Positions 1 through 8,597 of a stretch of 64,000 bases of DNA are shown piece by piece. The DNA comes from an uncultured bacterium (GTDB taxonomy: Bacteria; Planctomycetota; UBA8742; UBA2392): assembly GCA_938014885.1 (NCBI GenBank), contig CALLQI010000011.1, forward strand, positions 51,344-115,343. Direction: 5' to 3'. The position numbers and the translations under genes are program-made. The notes under the pieces are model-generated. The model was not told where the DNA came from and did not search any database. It worked only from the letters and a program-made list of their open reading frames with translations. The number at the start of each line of letters is the position of its first letter. Position 1 is the stretch's first letter.

Positions 1-3000
1 TCCAGGCGCACGCAGTCGGCGCCTGCCGTGACGTCGCTGGTCTGGATCGAGCCAATGCCGTCATTGATGCGCAGGCCGTTGCCGGCAGCAGACAGCGTGC
101 AAGCCGTCAGCGTCAGCGTAGAGGTCGGGCCGATCGACTCGGCGGCGTCGCCGGCGCTTGAGTCGACGGTCGTGCCACCGCTCACGTGCAGCAGGGCAGC
201 GGGTCCGGAAGCGTCTGTCTCCGCGCGCAGGGCGCGTGTTGCTCCGGCGTAGCTGCCGTTGCTGACGTTCGCGTGAACCAGGTTGGTCGGGGCACCACCG
301 CCGATGTCGGCGCAGCGCACCAACAGGGCCGTCGTGCAACTGGTCGGGCCTGCGGAGCCTATAGAGACGTTTATCAGGTCGATGATGGAGTCATTGGAGG
401 CAGGACCCTGAAGCAAGTCCGAGCTCTCTAACAGGATACCGACGTTCGCGCCGTCAACACTGCCGCCTGAAACATTCAGGTTTGAGGTCTCGATGTCCCA
501 GAAGTACATGCCACGGTCGAAAGTGCCGCCATTTGCGGAGAGCACGTTGCCGGTGAGCTGAACGTCCATGTCGTTGTAGATGCCCTGCAGGGTGATGCCA
601 ACGCCACCGCTGCCGGTCGCGGCGATGGTGTTGTTGCTGACTACGATGGGCGAAATGCTTGTCAGGTCGAGCGCCACGATCTCGATAGCCACGGAGTTGG
701 CATTCACGTCGATGCTGTTGTTCGAGATGTTTGTGGGGGCTAGACGGTCATTACTGAAGTTCGCGACCTGGATGCCGATGGCGCCGGGGAACGTGAGGAT
801 GCGGTTACCGGTGATGTCCAGGAAGGCGTCATCCTCACAACGCACCGCGCTCAGGTCGCAGTTGGCGAACAGGCTGTTGCTCAAGGTGCCGACTGTGGCA
901 CCAAAACTGTTGGCTACCGCTACGCCACACTCGGCGAAGTTCTCGAATACGCAGTTCGTGACCAGCAGGCCAACGACATCGATCGTGTCGTTGTTCACGC
1001 CGCTGCGCGCATCGCGACCGGTGCCGAACAGCGGCCTGTCACCTTCGAAGGCGAAACCATCAATGGAGACGTCGTCGGAAACAGTGAACAGGTCGTCGCT
1101 CGCGGGGGATGCCCCGGTGGCGACCACGATCGTCTCGTTGGCGGGAACCAGCGGCAGGCGGCCCGCGCCCACGTTGCCGAACTGAGCGCCCCGCATGGTC
1201 AGCGGGCGATACACGTCAACCAGCTCGATGAACGTGCCGACGTCAACTTCAAGCGTGTCATTGTTGTTAGCCTCGTCCACACCACGCTGGATGCTGCCGC
1301 TGTTCTGGGTCACGAACACGCGGCCCGATTCAATGCGTACGAAACCGCGCGTGGCGTCGTCAATCGCGTGGGTCATGCGGTTCTCGACCTCGAAACCCGC
1401 GAAGGGGCTGCCGCTGACGCGCGGCAGGGTCAGGTCGAACTGGAACGCGTTTTCGTACCAATCGTTACCCGTTGCATCGACATCGGCCGTGCCCGGGAAC
1501 GCGGTGAAATAGCCGCCGCCGGTAGTGCGAATGATGAAGGTGTTAGCCGCGGTGCCGCTGAGGTCAAGACTGCCGGCCTGGAACACGAAGCACTCAAAAT
1601 TGCCCGAGTCGCTCTCGCGAACAGTTGTACCGGACAAAGATGCAGAGCCGCCCAGGATGTCGATCGTCACGTCAGCGCCCACCTGGTTGATGTCGCTGTT
1701 GTCCAGGATCACCACCGCGCCGGTGTCGATGACGACGGCGCGCGCGGCGGCATTCTGCGTGACAGTCAGGCCATCAATACTGACGTTCGTGTCCAAGTAC
1801 AGCGCTGTCTGCGGCGTCTGCTGGTCAAGGGTGCCGCCCTGCACGATAACCGTGCCGCTGTTGACCCGCAGGGCCGAGGCGCCGTTGCCGGTCAGCGTGG
1901 CGCCGGCTGTCAGGTCGAGGGTAACGTCGCGGGTGATGATCGCGCTGCCGTAGGTGCCGCCTGCAACGATCACCGTGCCGCCGTCCGCCACGTGGTCCAA
2001 ACCGGCCTGCACGGTGTCGAAGGCGTCGATGCCGTAGCGATGCGGTGCCAGGGGCGACGGGGCATTCGGGTCGTCGCCGTAGTTGAGCGCCGAGAACGCC
2101 AAGTCAACGTAAACCGTCTGCTGCCTGACCGCGATGATCAGCAGCGCCGGCGGCGACGAAGTGTCCGCACCGCCGTTGGCAGTGCCGCCGTCGTCCGACA
2201 GCGTCACGTCGTACACGTAGATGCCATTCGAGCCAACGGGATCGATCGTGAATGTCAGGTCGCCGGTGGTTTCGTCAATGTCCGGCGCGGCCGTGAAGTT
2301 CACGGTACCCACCGACTGCGCAGGCAGCTGGGTCAGGTTGAACGTCAACACCTGGCCGCTCTCGTCCGCGGGGCCCTTGCTGATGGCCGTGGCCCATGCC
2401 AGGTGGGTCTGTGGTCCAGCCGTGGGCGCCAACGGAGTCAGGTTCACGCCCGGCGTGAAGCTGGGCGCGTCATTGACCGCAGTTACATCAACGCTGACCA
2501 GCACGGGGCTGGCCGAGGTCTCACTGGGTAGGGGGGTACCGTCGTCAAAGCATTCCACGCTGAAGGCCGCAAGTGCGCTTCCGTTGGCATCCGCTGCCGG
2601 GGTCCAGCGCAGGGTGTCGGCGCTGGTGACGGTCTGCGGCAGAACGACCGCTGCAAAGACGCTCGTTGTGCCTACGTCGATCAGCAGCGTGCCGCTGCTG
2701 ACGGCCGTGACGCGGAAGCCATCCACGCTACCGTCAATGTCCGAAGCGCTGGTCGTGGTGACCAGGTCGCCAAACGTGATGTCGATGGCGGTATCTTCGT
2801 TGGTGGCGCTTGCCAGCGTACCGGCTGACAGAGTCGGCGCGTCATTGACGGCGTTGACGTCAACGCTGATCAGCACAGCGCCGGCAGAGGTCTGGCTGGG
2901 GGCCGGGGTGCCGTTGTCGAAGCACTCGACGCTGAAGGCTGCAAGCGCGCTGCCGTTGGCGTTGGACGCCGGGGTCCAGCGCAGGATGTCAGCGCTGGTG

Positions 3001-5258
3001 AATGTCTGCGGCAGAACGACCGCTGCAAAGACGGTCGTTGTGCCTACGTCGATCAGCAGCGTGCCGCTGCTGATGGCGGTAACCCGGAAGCCGACCACGC
3101 TGCCGTCCAGGTCCGAAGCACTGGTCGTGGCGACCAGGTCACCAAACGTGATATCAATGGCCGTGTCTTCGTCCGTCGCGGTTGCCAGCGTGCCGGCCGC
3201 AAGGGTCGGCGCGTCGTTGACGGCCGTAACCTGTACCGAGCAGATTGAAGCGGAATCGACTCCGCCGTCGCCGTCCGCGACCGTGAACTGGATGTTGTGG
3301 ATCGCTGTCGGGTTATCGGAAATGTTTTCGTACTCAATGCGATTAAGCAGCGCCTGCACACGCGCCGGGGTCGCATTTGCGTTCAGGATAACCTGCAGGG
3401 CCTGGCCGTTGATACCGCTGCCGGCGCCGGCATCGGCAAAGAAGCCGAAGACTGTCGCGCCATCAAGCACGTCGATGAAGCCGGGCGCGCCCGGGGCCGT
3501 CGTGATCGATCCCGAGTTACGGATGGTGAGCTGGTCGTCGGCCGTACCGCCCGAGATGAAGCTGGCAATGAAGGTGCCGGTGTCGAAGTCTGCACTGTCA
3601 ATGTCCGTCACCGTGGCTGCCGGCGCAACCAGCGTGGCGGGGTCATTTTCCGTGTACGGCAGAGTTGCCGGTACACCGGCAGCGACTGGTGGGTCATTGG
3701 TGGGCGTGACCTGTACGGTGACCTGCACGGGCGTCGAGGACGGCAGGGCGCCGTCGTAAGCCACGACGGTGAAGGCGTTGACAGCCGCGCCGTTGTCGTT
3801 GAGGGCGGGGGTCCATTCCAGCTGGTCGCCGGAAGCGACGACCGTGGTGCCGTAGGTGACCGCGCCGCCGTTGTAGGTCAGCGTGCCCGTGCTGAGGGCT
3901 TCAACGCGGAAGTTGATGGTTGCCGAGTCAACGTCCGCTTCGTCGGCCGCAGCGGCGAGCTGGGCGTAGGTGATGATGATCTGGGTGTCTTCGTTGACGG
4001 GCCCCAAAGTGCTGACCGAGGTCAGAGTCGGCGCGTCGTTGACGGGATTGACCGTGATGTTGAATGCCACGCTGGTCGGGCCAGAAGGGGCCGGGTCCGC
4101 TACGTCGAACACAAAGCTGTCGCTGGCCGTCTCGCTGCCGTCGTGGTCATAAGTGAGGTTGTTGGCATTGATATCGGCCTGCGTGAACGTGCCAGATACT
4201 GCCACGGGTGTACCGCTGAGGCGAAGCGTCCCATTGGAGGGGGCTGTAGTAAGCGTATAGGTAATCTGGCCGGCGGTGTTATCCGGATCGGTGGCCTCAA
4301 GCATCGCCTGGGTCACGACGCTTCCTGTATCACCTTCGTCAACGGTCAGTCCGGTGTTTGTGGTTACCGATGGCGCGTCGTTGACGGGATTGACCGTGAT
4401 GTTGAATGCCACGCCGGTCGGGCCAGAAGGGGCCGGGTCCGCTACGTCGAACACAAAGCTGTCGCTGGTCGTCTCGCTGCCGTCGTGGTCATAAGTGAGG
4501 TTGTTGGCATTGATATCGGCCTGCGTGAACGTGCCAGATACTGCCACGGGTGTACCGCTGAGGCGAAGCGTCCCATTGGAGGGGGCTGTAGTAAGCGTAT
4601 AGGTAATCTGGCCGGCGGTGTTATCCGGATCGGTGGCCTCAAGCATCGCCTGGGTCACGACGCTACCTGTATCACCTTCGTCAACGGTCAGGCCGGTGTT
4701 TGTGGTTACCGATGGCGCGTCGTTGAGCGGAGTTATGTCGATGTTGAGTGAATCCGTGTCGTTGTTGGAAAACGCGTCCGTGATGCTGTACAGCACCGTA
4801 ACCTGAGCCACCGGATTGTTTGACAGGTTTCGATAGGTAATCGCCCGCAACAGGTCCTGCATCTGGGTGCTGGAAGCCGTGGTACCGAAGCTGATTACCA
4901 GTGCGTCGGTACCAATTCCGCTGCCTGGACCCGTCTTCGGATACGAACCTACGACGGCAGGTCCTGTAGAGTGCGTGACCAACCAGTTTGCGCCGGCGTC
5001 CACCAGCGTGATTGCACCAATGGCCCCAACAGCCAGTCTGTCAAACGACGTGTTGTTCGCCGAAATCGACACCGTCAGGTTGCCAGTGTCATAGGTGACG
5101 GGATCGGACGCGTCGGTAAATGAGTAGGCCGCATCAATCTGAGTGGCCGCCGAATCTTCCGTATATGCAGACGGGTTCGTCCCGACAGTCAACGTCGGCT
5201 GTGCGGCTGCTACGGTGGCGAACAGGGTAAGGATGGCCAGGAGTGCGAGTTTGCGCAT
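1..5258 (-). CDS. Giant secreted adhesin-like protein, N-terminal ~1752 codons. The C-terminus lies beyond the left window edge. Contains a signal peptide, tandem cadherin-like repeats delimited by V-N-D-A-P motifs, then a parallel beta-helix-like region.
   Basis: Absent from the ORF track because no stop is reached in-window. I translated the minus frame from ATG 5258-5256 (MRKLALLAILTLFATVAAAQPTLTVGTNPSAY...). I re-checked the same frame near 2876 (VLISVDVNAVNDAPTLSAGTLASATNEDTAIDITFGDL...) and near 509 (...GMYFWDIETSNLNVSGGSVDGANVGILLESS...) and saw no stops. The long + strand ORFs here are Arg/Gly/Val-rich shadow frames. Confidence 0.85.
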   Translation of the reverse strand, partial: MRKLALLAILTLFATVAAAQPTLTVGTNPSAYTEDSAATQIDAAYSFTDASDPVTYDTGNLTVSISANNTSFDRLAVGAIGAITLVDAGANWLVTHSTGPAVVGSYPKTGPGSGIGTDALVISFGTTASSTQMQDLLRAITYRNLSNNPVAQVTVLYSITDAFSNNDTDSLNIDITPLNDAPSVTTNTGLTVDEGDTGSVVTQAMLEATDPDNTAGQITYTLTTAPSNGTLRLSGTPVAVSGTFTQADINANNLTYDHDGSETTSDSFVFDVADPAPSGPTGVAFNITVNPVNDAPSVTTNTGLTVDEGDTGSVVTQAMLEATDPDNTAGQITYTLTTAPSNGTLRLSGTPVAVSGTFTQADINANNLTYDHDGSETASDSFVFDVADPAPSGPTSVAFNITVNPVNDAPTLTSVSTLGPVNEDTQIIITYAQLAAAADEADVDSATINFRVEALSTGTLTYNGGAVTYGTTVVASGDQLEWTPALNDNGAAVNAFTVVAYDGALPSSTPVQVTVQVTPTNDPPVAAGVPATLPYTENDPATLVAPAATVTDIDSADFDTGTFIASFISGGTADDQLTIRNSGSITTAPGAPGFIDVLDGATVFGFFADAGAGSGINGQALQVILNANATPARVQALLNRIEYENISDNPTAIHNIQFTVADGDGGVDSASICSVQVTAVNDAPTLAAGTLATATDEDTAIDITFGDLVATTSASDLDGSVVGFRVTAISSGTLLIDVGTTTVFAAVVLPQTFTSADILRWTPASNANGSALAAFSVECFDNGTPAPSQTSAGAVLISVDVNAVNDAPTLSAGTLASATNEDTAIDITFGDLVTTTSASDIDGSVDGFRVTAVSSGTLLIDVGTTSVFAAVVLPQTVTSADTLRWTPAADANGSALAAFSVECFDDGTPLPSETSASPVLVSVDVTAVNDAPSFTPGVNLTPLAPTAGPQTHLAWATAISKGPADESGQVLTFNLTQLPAQSVGTVNFTAAPDIDETTGDLTFTIDPVGSNGIYVYDVTLSDDGGTANGGADTSSPPALLIIAVRQQTVYVDLAFSALNYGDDPNAPSPLAPHRYGIDAFDTVQAGLDHVADGGTVIVAGGTYGSAIITRDVTLDLTAGATLTGNGASALRVNSGTVIVQGGTLDQQTPQTALYLDTNVSIDGLTVTQNAAARAVVIDTGAVVILDNSDINQVGADVTIDILGGSASLSGTTVRESDSGNFECFVFQAGSLDLSGTAANTFIIRTTGGGYFTAFPGTADVDATGNDWYENAFQFDLTLPRVSGSPFAGFEVENRMTHAIDDATRGFVRIESGRVFVTQNSGSIQRGVDEANNNDTLEVDVGTFIELVDVYRPLTMRGAQFGNVGAGRLPLVPANETIVVATGASPASDDLFTVSDDVSIDGFAFEGDRPLFGTGRDARSGVNNDTIDVVGLLVTNCVFENFAECGVAVANSFGATVGTLSNSLFANCDLSAVRCEDDAFLDITGNRILTFPGAIGIQVANFSNDRLAPTNISNNSIDVNANSVAIEIVALDLTSISPIVVSNNTIAATGSGGVGITLQGIYNDMDVQLTGNVLSANGGTFDRGMYFWDIETSNLNVSGGSVDGANVGILLESSDLLQGPASNDSIIDLINVSIGSAGPTSCTTALLVRCADIGGGAPTNLVHANVSNGSYAGATRALRAETDASGPAALLHVSGGTTVDSSAGDAAESIGPTSTLTLTACTLSAAGNGLRINDGIGSIQTSDVTAGADCVRL
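2469..3212. repeat. Two tandem 372-bp in-frame coding repeats (124-aa cadherin-like modules), roughly 85 % identical by eye.
   Basis: Unit starts at 2469, 2841 and 3213 all begin with gtc(a/g)ttgac (minus-sense ...VNDAP), giving a period of exactly 372 nt. Confidence 0.85.
3693..4718. repeat. Three tandem 342-bp in-frame coding repeats (114-aa modules). The last two copies (4035-4376 and 4377-4718) are nearly identical.
   Basis: Shadow ORFs 4100..4300 and 4442..4642 have identical translations. Unit starts at 4035 and 4377 are both gtcgttgacgggattgaccgtgatgttgaatgccacgc, giving a period of 342 nt. Confidence 0.9.
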
Positions 5259-5552
5259 AGTAGGCTCGAATAGTCTTTGTCTTGTGTCACAGGGCAATTG
5301 ATGCAACAACCCATTTCCGGCCGCAGCGGGACCTACCCCGCCCACGGAACAGAACCGCGCCAGTTCAAGAGGCGAAAACGGTAGATATCGAGTGCGTTTA
5401 GGGCAACTGGAAAATGAACCATGGCGTGCAATCTTGGAAAGCAGTGGCGGATTCAGAAGAGGTGGCGATCTGATGCCACGACGCCTTCACCGTGTAGGGC
5501 ACGGCCGGCACGGTGCCAATGGCTTTGACGCTTGAACCCAGCCAAGGCTTGT

Positions 5553-5629
5553 TGGCGTCCCGGAGAGGATTCGAACCTCTGACCTGCGGTTTAGGAAACC
5601 GCCGCTCTATCCTACTGAGCTACCGGGAC
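5553..5629 (-). tRNA. tRNA-Arg (anticodon CCT), with encoded CCA.
   Basis: The reverse complement folds as GTCCCGG-TA-GCTC-AGTAGGATA-GAGC-G-GCGGT-TTCCTAA-ACCGC-AGGTC-AGAGG-TTCGAAT-CCTCT-CCGGGAC-G-CCA. This is a canonical cloverleaf with a T-loop TTCGAAT and anticodon CCT. Confidence 0.9.
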
Positions 5630-5762
5630 GCGTGGCCGCAGTCTACCAACGGGCGTCGGGTGCAAAAGCGTTCGCGCAGGGCCGGGAATTGCGCAGGGCC
5701 GATGCCCCGGGAGGGAATCGGCCCTGATGTCGCGGCGCGTGGGGTCGCCGCTCAATGGCTGT

Positions 5763-6746
5763 CTACTTGAAGTAGCTTGAGGCCTTGATTGCTTCCGCCA
5801 ATTCCTTGGCTTTTTCTGCCGCCCGGGTGCCCGTGTTTTTCTCGTAGAACTTGCCCAAGGCTGATGCCTTGGCGTCTTTGCCCTTCACCTTCTTGTTGGC
5901 GGCAAGGGTCTTGGCCAATGCCTCTTCAGCCTTCATCTCTTTCTTCACGTCGGCGTCCTTTTGCATTTCCTTTGAGTCCGCGTCGGCCTTGGTGCCTTCT
6001 TCACTGCCCTTGAAGCGCGCGGCGATGCGGGCGTAGAAGGCGGCTGCATCGGTAAAGCGCTTTTCGTCGCGGGCCTTGGCGGCCTCATCATTCCACTTCT
6101 TGGCCAGCGCGTTGCAGCGCTCGACGATGTACTTGGCGTCTTCGTCGGCCTCGTTGGCGGCAAGTGCCTCATTGGCGAGCTGGCGGGCCTTGGTGTAGTC
6201 GCCCTTGCCGAACGCTTCGGCGGCCTTCTTGGCGCTTTCGCCGACTTCGGCCTTGCCGAGCCCGGGGTAGGCGACCTTGGCCAGCGATTCTTCGATGAAC
6301 TTTTCGTACTCGCCGTTGCCCTGGTACACGCAGCGGCCAAAGCTGTTGATCACGTACACGATCGGCATGCTCTTGGTGTCGTAGCCCGCCAGAGTGCTTT
6401 CCGAAGCGGCCACGAAGGGGACCTTCCAGCCCCACTCGCCGACAAAGGCTTCCATCTCAAGGGTGCTCATGCCTTCGCCTTCCACGGCGAAGAAGTGCAC
6501 GCCCTTGTCGCGGTACTTTTCCCACAGTTCCTGAAAGTGCGGCAACTGCCGCAGGCAGGGGGCTCAGTTGGGGCCCCAGGTCTTCATTACAATGATCTCG
6601 CCCGCCAGATCGGCCTTTGCGGTCGGGCCGTACTGGTTGACGATGCCCTTCATGTCGAAGTCGGGCGCGTCCTGGCCCGCAATTTTCTGCGCGCTGAGTG
6701 CGCTGCCGGCCAAGGCCAGCGTCATTAGCAATGCGAAGCGGAACAT
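5763..6746 (-). CDS. Exported TlpA/ResA-like thioredoxin-fold oxidoreductase with an in-frame UGA (6564-6566) at the first Cys of CxxC (U-A-P-C). It is a candidate selenoprotein. The C-terminus has a Lys/Ala/Glu-rich helical extension.
   Basis: ORFs 6564..6746 and 5763..6545 share one frame and are split only by the TGA. The junction reads ...IIVMKTWGPN-U-APCLRQLPHFQELWEKYRDKGVHFFAV.... ATG 6746 is preceded by AAGGAGAG. The N-terminus MFRFALLMTLALAGSALSAQ is a signal peptide. Confidence 0.7.
6530..6555 (-). promoter_or_regulatory. SECIS-like hairpin downstream of UGA 6564-6566.
   Basis: The mRNA folds as CCUG-CGGC-(AGUU)-GCCG-[CACUUU]-CAGG. The apical loop begins 16 nt after the UGA and has G as its second base. 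Confidence 0.4.
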
Positions 6747-6864
6747 CGGGCTCTCCTTGCTTGCCTGTTATGTGGAAAACACTGACTTGTACTTACGGGC
6801 TGAATCGCTTCGGTGCGGCGGTCGACAGCATGGCCCCAGCCCTTCGGCTGGGGCTGCGTTGCCA

Positions 6865-8514
6865 TTACTCGTAGAACACTACAACTGACTCTACCACATG
6901 GCTGGCCCAGTCTTTGCTCTCGAAGTCTTCGCTTACGTACTCCAACTCGAGTTCGCTGCCGGGTTTGAGCTGCTTCGTGATGTCGATTTCCCAGACCCGG
7001 CCGAAGCTGCCGGGGCCCCAGCCCGCGCGGTCGTACTTCCACGTTCCGAACTGCGGGCGCCACGGGTTCAGGTAACAATCCGTCGTGTGCAGCTTGTTGA
7101 TGTGCAGCACGTCGCCCACGCGCACGGTGCGATCCAGCGGCTTGAACTCAAGCACGCCATGCCCGGTTACACAGATGCGCAGCCTGGCGCTGCGGGCGTT
7201 GCCGGGCACTTTGATGCGCCGCACGCCGTAAACGGCCTTCACGCTTTCGGCGCTGTTGAAGTTGGCGGTGCCGCGCCAGACGTTGACCACGCCGGCTACC
7301 TTGGGCAACGCGGCCACATCGGCGGGCTTGCGGTAGTAGTGGAACTCGATGTCAAAGGTGAAGCCCTTGCCGACGTTGGAGCCCATGCTGGCGAAGATGG
7401 TGCGCTTGCCGGTCAGCAGGTGGCGCAGGTGGGTGACGTCGCATACGTACTCATAGCTGACACCCCAAAGCATGAAGGGCGTGAGAATGCGCGCGAGCTC
7501 AAAGCTCTCTTCACCGTCGCGCACGAGAACCTGCCCCAAGCGGTCCCACTCGTCGCGTTCGACCATCGGCTTCAGGCGCAGGGTCATCAGCACGCGCTCG
7601 AACTCGACGCCGGCGGGCAGCAACTCCACTTCGCGCTCGACGGCGGGGCCGCGGGTGGCGTGCCAGGCGCTGCGCATGGCTTCCACCGTGATCGGGCCCG
7701 GCGAATTGGCGGCCGCCGCGCCGAAATCCACGTGCAGGCTGTCGATGCTGCATGCGCCGCCGTCGGGCCCATAGGCGCCGACCGCCGCCCGCGATTCATA
7801 GGGCATCAAGTGCGGCAGAAAGTGCCGGTCGTACACACTTTGGCCGCCGACGCCGACGGTGACTTCCGCGCCGCCGGTGACGAAATCCAGCTTCACGCTC
7901 AGCACGCAAGCTTCACCGGTGGCGAACTCAGGCGTGCAGAACACATTTGCGAGCTCGCGCCCGTCCCAGTGCAGGCTGACTTCGCGCTGAGGCCGATCAT
8001 GGATATTCCCCCACTGGTTGAAGGGGTCTTCCGTGGGCGGGTTGTGGGTGTCGAGCGCCACGGCGAAGCTGCCCCACAGGTTGGGCTCGTCCCACAGGGG
8101 CTCGGCCGGTGTGGGGTCGCCGGGGAAGCCGCGCTGCTTATAGAGGTAAAAGGCCGCACCTTCGGCCGCAAAGTGGCCGGTGTGCAGCAGCATGAACGAA
8201 AGGCCGCGCGCGCCGGGCGTCAGGCGGAAGACCATTTCGGCGCTGATGCTGCGGCGTTCGCCGGGGATCTGCACCGGCCAGGCTGCGGAGTTGTTTTCAC
8301 CGCCGCCGCCGGACAGCAGATGCAGCTTGCCGTCGCGCACTGCCGGGGCCTTGCCTTCGGCGTGTTTGCGCAGGGTGTACCCGGGCTTTTCGGGTACCTT
8401 CGAGAAATCTTCGTGCAGGACTTGCGGCGGCGTTTCAGGCTTGGCCGGCGGGTCCTGGGCAGTGGAAAGGGCAGTTGTGGCAAACAGGCAACAAAGCGCA
8501 ATCGCGTAACGCAT
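6865..8514 (-). CDS. Secreted 549-aa protein. The N-terminal region looks lectin/LamG-like. The C-terminal half weakly resembles a PNGase F-type jelly-roll; function is uncertain.
   Basis: Long ORF with signal peptide MRYAIALCCLFATTALSTAQ and normal amino-acid composition. The overlapping + strand ORF 6898..8535 is an Ala/Gly/Arg-rich shadow. The domain guess rests only on remembered motifs such as ...KYDRAGWGPG.... Confidence 0.8.
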   Translation of the reverse strand: MRYAIALCCLFATTALSTAQDPPAKPETPPQVLHEDFSKVPEKPGYTLRKHAEGKAPAVRDGKLHLLSGGGGENNSAAWPVQIPGERRSISAEMVFRLTPGARGLSFMLLHTGHFAAEGAAFYLYKQRGFPGDPTPAEPLWDEPNLWGSFAVALDTHNPPTEDPFNQWGNIHDRPQREVSLHWDGRELANVFCTPEFATGEACVLSVKLDFVTGGAEVTVGVGGQSVYDRHFLPHLMPYESRAAVGAYGPDGGACSIDSLHVDFGAAAANSPGPITVEAMRSAWHATRGPAVEREVELLPAGVEFERVLMTLRLKPMVERDEWDRLGQVLVRDGEESFELARILTPFMLWGVSYEYVCDVTHLRHLLTGKRTIFASMGSNVGKGFTFDIEFHYYRKPADVAALPKVAGVVNVWRGTANFNSAESVKAVYGVRRIKVPGNARSARLRICVTGHGVLEFKPLDRTVRVGDVLHINKLHTTDCYLNPWRPQFGTWKYDRAGWGPGSFGRVWEIDITKQLKPGSELELEYVSEDFESKDWASHVVESVVVFYE

Positions 8515-8597
8515 GAGTATCCCGACGATGCTTGAAGTGGAGGTCCCGCCCCGTCATACGAACCACACGGGCGCGGGACCATGGAAAACGGCCTCAG

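Noticed and set aside
2469-4718. Regularly spaced direct repeats that might suggest a CRISPR array. Similar repeats occur at about 61150-62060.
   Set aside because: The periods of 342 and 372 nt (about 300 nt in the second gene) are multiples of three and lie inside open reading frames encoding Ig/cadherin-like modules. There is no short repeat/unique spacer organisation and there are no cas genes.
1368-4751. Long + strand ORFs (1368..2531 at 387 aa, 2221..3759 at 512 aa, 3297..4751 at 484 aa) that could be mistaken for genes.
   Set aside because: They are Arg/Gly/Val/Ala-rich with no recognisable motifs, and they overlap each other in different frames. They lie opposite an uninterrupted minus-strand frame that has a signal peptide and clear repeat-domain architecture. 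They are GC-driven shadow ORFs.
5553-5629. tRNA-Arg, and tRNA-Ala at 39500-39575, as possible integration sites for a genomic island carrying the giant adhesin genes or the UGA-rich operon.
   Set aside because: I saw no integrase, recombinase or transposase gene, no duplicated tRNA 3' segment, and no obvious compositional break.
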